This document shows positions 62,531-64,000 of a stretch of DNA of 64,000 bases, one piece after another. This DNA is from an uncultured archaeon (GTDB taxonomy: Archaea; Thermoplasmatota; E2; DHVEG-1): assembly GCA_902384685.1 (NCBI GenBank), contig CABMCU010000108.1:2344-66343 (forward strand). The letters run 5' to 3'. The notes below the pieces were generated by a model. That model made no database searches, had not been told where the DNA came from, and saw nothing but the letters and a program-made list of their open reading frames with translations. Both the position numbers and the translations under genes were made by a program. The stretch's first letter is position 1. Each line of letters begins with the position of its first letter.

Positions 62531-62623
62531 TTAGGCATATCCTTTATTGTGTGCTTTTGTATAGTGTATATGTAGCGCCCTTTTTGTTTTAAAGGATTTA
62601 CCGCACTGTTCACATTTTGGCAT
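62531..62623 (-). CDS. Small (30-aa) classical C2H2 zinc-finger protein
   Basis: MPKCEQCGKSFKTKRALHIHYTKAHNKGYA fits C-x2-C-x12-H-x4-H. GAGGAGGT ribosome-binding site 8 nt upstream of the ATG. Not in the ORF track (<60 aa). Confidence 0.45.
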   Translation of the reverse strand: MPKCEQCGKSFKTKRALHIHYTKAHNKGYA

Positions 62624-62659
62624 TATCCGTTACCTCCTCTAACATTCAATTACCAACGT

Positions 62660-63847
62660 TTACAACACAACTCTTTGTTTTAGATCTTGTAATATATTCA
62701 TATAGTTCATAAAACCTTCATAAGGATTATCATATGGGCTAAAATAGGCATGAACAGCTCCGTCAGCAAGACCTTTTGTTGAACAGTAATATAGATGATC
62801 TGATGTTTGGAGACGACGCCAAGTTTTAAGTAACCGCTCATTACCCGTTCCTTTAAGTTTTCTCCCGATATTTTTTAACTCATTAAAACAAGCTATTTGC
62901 ATATCATTTCCAAGCCATGTTGAGACATTCCGATCTTCATCTGCCCAAGAGATTGCATTAGGGACATCGATATCACCAACCGGGTTGTATAGCTCGACTG
63001 CCTCGCTTACGGTAGCAAAATCAAGGTTATCATGTTTGAAGACTTCCCCCGGGAGATGTTTGAGGAATTCAAAGATCCCGGTTTCTGTCCATTGGTGTTC
63101 CCCGAAGGTTTCGTAATCCATGAACAGGTTAATAACATCGCCAAAGGAGTTGGACATCCAGTTCGCGTATTTATCTGCGGTCAGTGGGAATTCTGGCCAG
63201 TTTCGTGAAGAAAATCGGAACCCAACATCATCACTGAGTTTATAGTTACGCAAAAGGACTTTGATATTTGCGTTCACTGGTTTGTAGACGAAGTTTGGTG
63301 AACGCCATCCTAAAATCTTATCTGCTCCTTCGGTGATAATTCCTTTGTATCCCAACTCAGCGATTTTCCTGGCTATACGGTTATCATAGATTGTTTCCGT
63401 GTTTCTGAACATCTTTGGTTCATAGTTAAATATTTTTTTAATCATCTGACGATGCATGTGCACTTGTTTTTCGAACTCATCCAGATCGTCGTACAAGCTT
63501 GAAAGTGAATGATAATAGGTCTCCTCGATGAGGTCGACAGCACCTGTGGCAAACAGAGTTTTAAAACTATCAAGAACTGAAGGTATATAACGTTCACAAT
63601 ATTCGATGAATGTACCAGTTAAACTAAATGAAACCCGAAATTTACCATCATATTTATTGATTAAATCAAGTAATATTTTATTTGTTGGAAGATAACATTT
63701 TTTTGCAACTTTTTCAAAAATTTCTTGGTTAAGTTTACGATTAAAATAGTCTGAAGATCGATCATGGTTTGCGCCTATGTTAAATACCGTAAAACGATTT
63801 AATCTCATCGGCTGATGAACCTGAAAATAGAGACAGATTGATGGCAT
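62660..63847 (-). CDS. Glycoside hydrolase family 57 protein
   Basis: N-terminal ICLYFQVHQP (GH57 HQP signature) and the Glu/Asp-containing blocks typical of GH57. 395 aa. Confidence 0.7.
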   Translation of the reverse strand: MPSICLYFQVHQPMRLNRFTVFNIGANHDRSSDYFNRKLNQEIFEKVAKKCYLPTNKILLDLINKYDGKFRVSFSLTGTFIEYCERYIPSVLDSFKTLFATGAVDLIEETYYHSLSSLYDDLDEFEKQVHMHRQMIKKIFNYEPKMFRNTETIYDNRIARKIAELGYKGIITEGADKILGWRSPNFVYKPVNANIKVLLRNYKLSDDVGFRFSSRNWPEFPLTADKYANWMSNSFGDVINLFMDYETFGEHQWTETGIFEFLKHLPGEVFKHDNLDFATVSEAVELYNPVGDIDVPNAISWADEDRNVSTWLGNDMQIACFNELKNIGRKLKGTGNERLLKTWRRLQTSDHLYYCSTKGLADGAVHAYFSPYDNPYEGFMNYMNILQDLKQRVVL

Positions 63848-64000
63848 TATATGACCTCCTTATAAACGTCGATTCCTTGACCTTTTTGGTCATTATCTCT
63901 TACTAAATTTCTGCTCATAGCATATACATCTACAAATTTTTACCCTATTTTTCCTTCCAAAAAAAGAGATTTGGACGATATACTCGCCCTTGATATTTCG

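Noticed and set aside
1-64000. Genome-wide reassignment of TAA to a sense codon, as an explanation for the two TAA-interrupted genes
   Set aside because: Almost every confidently identified gene here ends in TAA a few nucleotides before the next gene's RBS/ATG (e.g. aclB TAA, 2 nt, aclA ATG; idh, gcvH, tfb). Protein alignments end at those positions. TAA is therefore a genuine stop. The interrupted genes are better explained as pseudogenes or errors, and at most as local readthrough.
1-64000. CRISPR arrays, IS elements, transposases, integrases, and defence systems (restriction-modification, toxin-antitoxin pairs)
   Set aside because: No regularly spaced direct repeats were found. No DDE/serine/tyrosine recombinase-like ORFs, terminal inverted repeats with target-site duplications, or recognisable nuclease/methylase/helicase defence genes were seen in any frame.

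Overview
This window reads as an AT-rich archaeal chromosomal segment. Archaeal markers are TFB, fibrillarin, Alba, Pelota, an NFACT/Rqc2 homologue, an A1:U72 initiator tRNA and a Roadblock/LC7 protein. Many genes have GGAGG-type ribosome-binding sites. Housekeeping content covers glycine cleavage (gcvT, gcvH), purine synthesis (purS, purL, purM), thiamine genes (ThiDN fusion, thiL), indolepyruvate:ferredoxin oxidoreductase (iorAB), a polyprenyl synthase, tRNA-dihydrouridine synthase and two tRNAs (Leu-UAG and initiator Met). A compact citrate-metabolism cluster (acs, a double-wHTH regulator, aconitase, a eukaryote-type class II NADP-IDH, and aclB/aclA whose N-terminus aligns closely with human ACLY) lies beside class I fumarase. 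Two regions look accessory. The first is a minus-strand operon (12832..19894): a B12-binding radical SAM enzyme with a C-terminal PqqD/RRE-like domain, two paralogous ~415-aa proteins of unknown family, an acyl-ACP-reductase-like NAD(P) reductase and a geranylgeranyl-reductase-family flavoprotein, next to a divergent tandem Lrp regulator. I cannot place it in a known pathway, and it is my best candidate for an undescribed modification system. The second is a secreted-peptidase island (48009..60320: a clan CD caspase-like peptidase, two M28 peptidases, a signal-peptide-bearing C15 pyroglutamyl peptidase and a CheY-like receiver). It ends in a C25-like peptidase (58398..60320) that is an inverted paralogue of the C25-like gene at 3527..5443 and retains stretches of high nucleotide identity. 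Two conserved genes (rlmE/ftsJ and a FIST-domain gene) are each broken by a single in-frame TAA. No CRISPR array, transposase or integrase was found.
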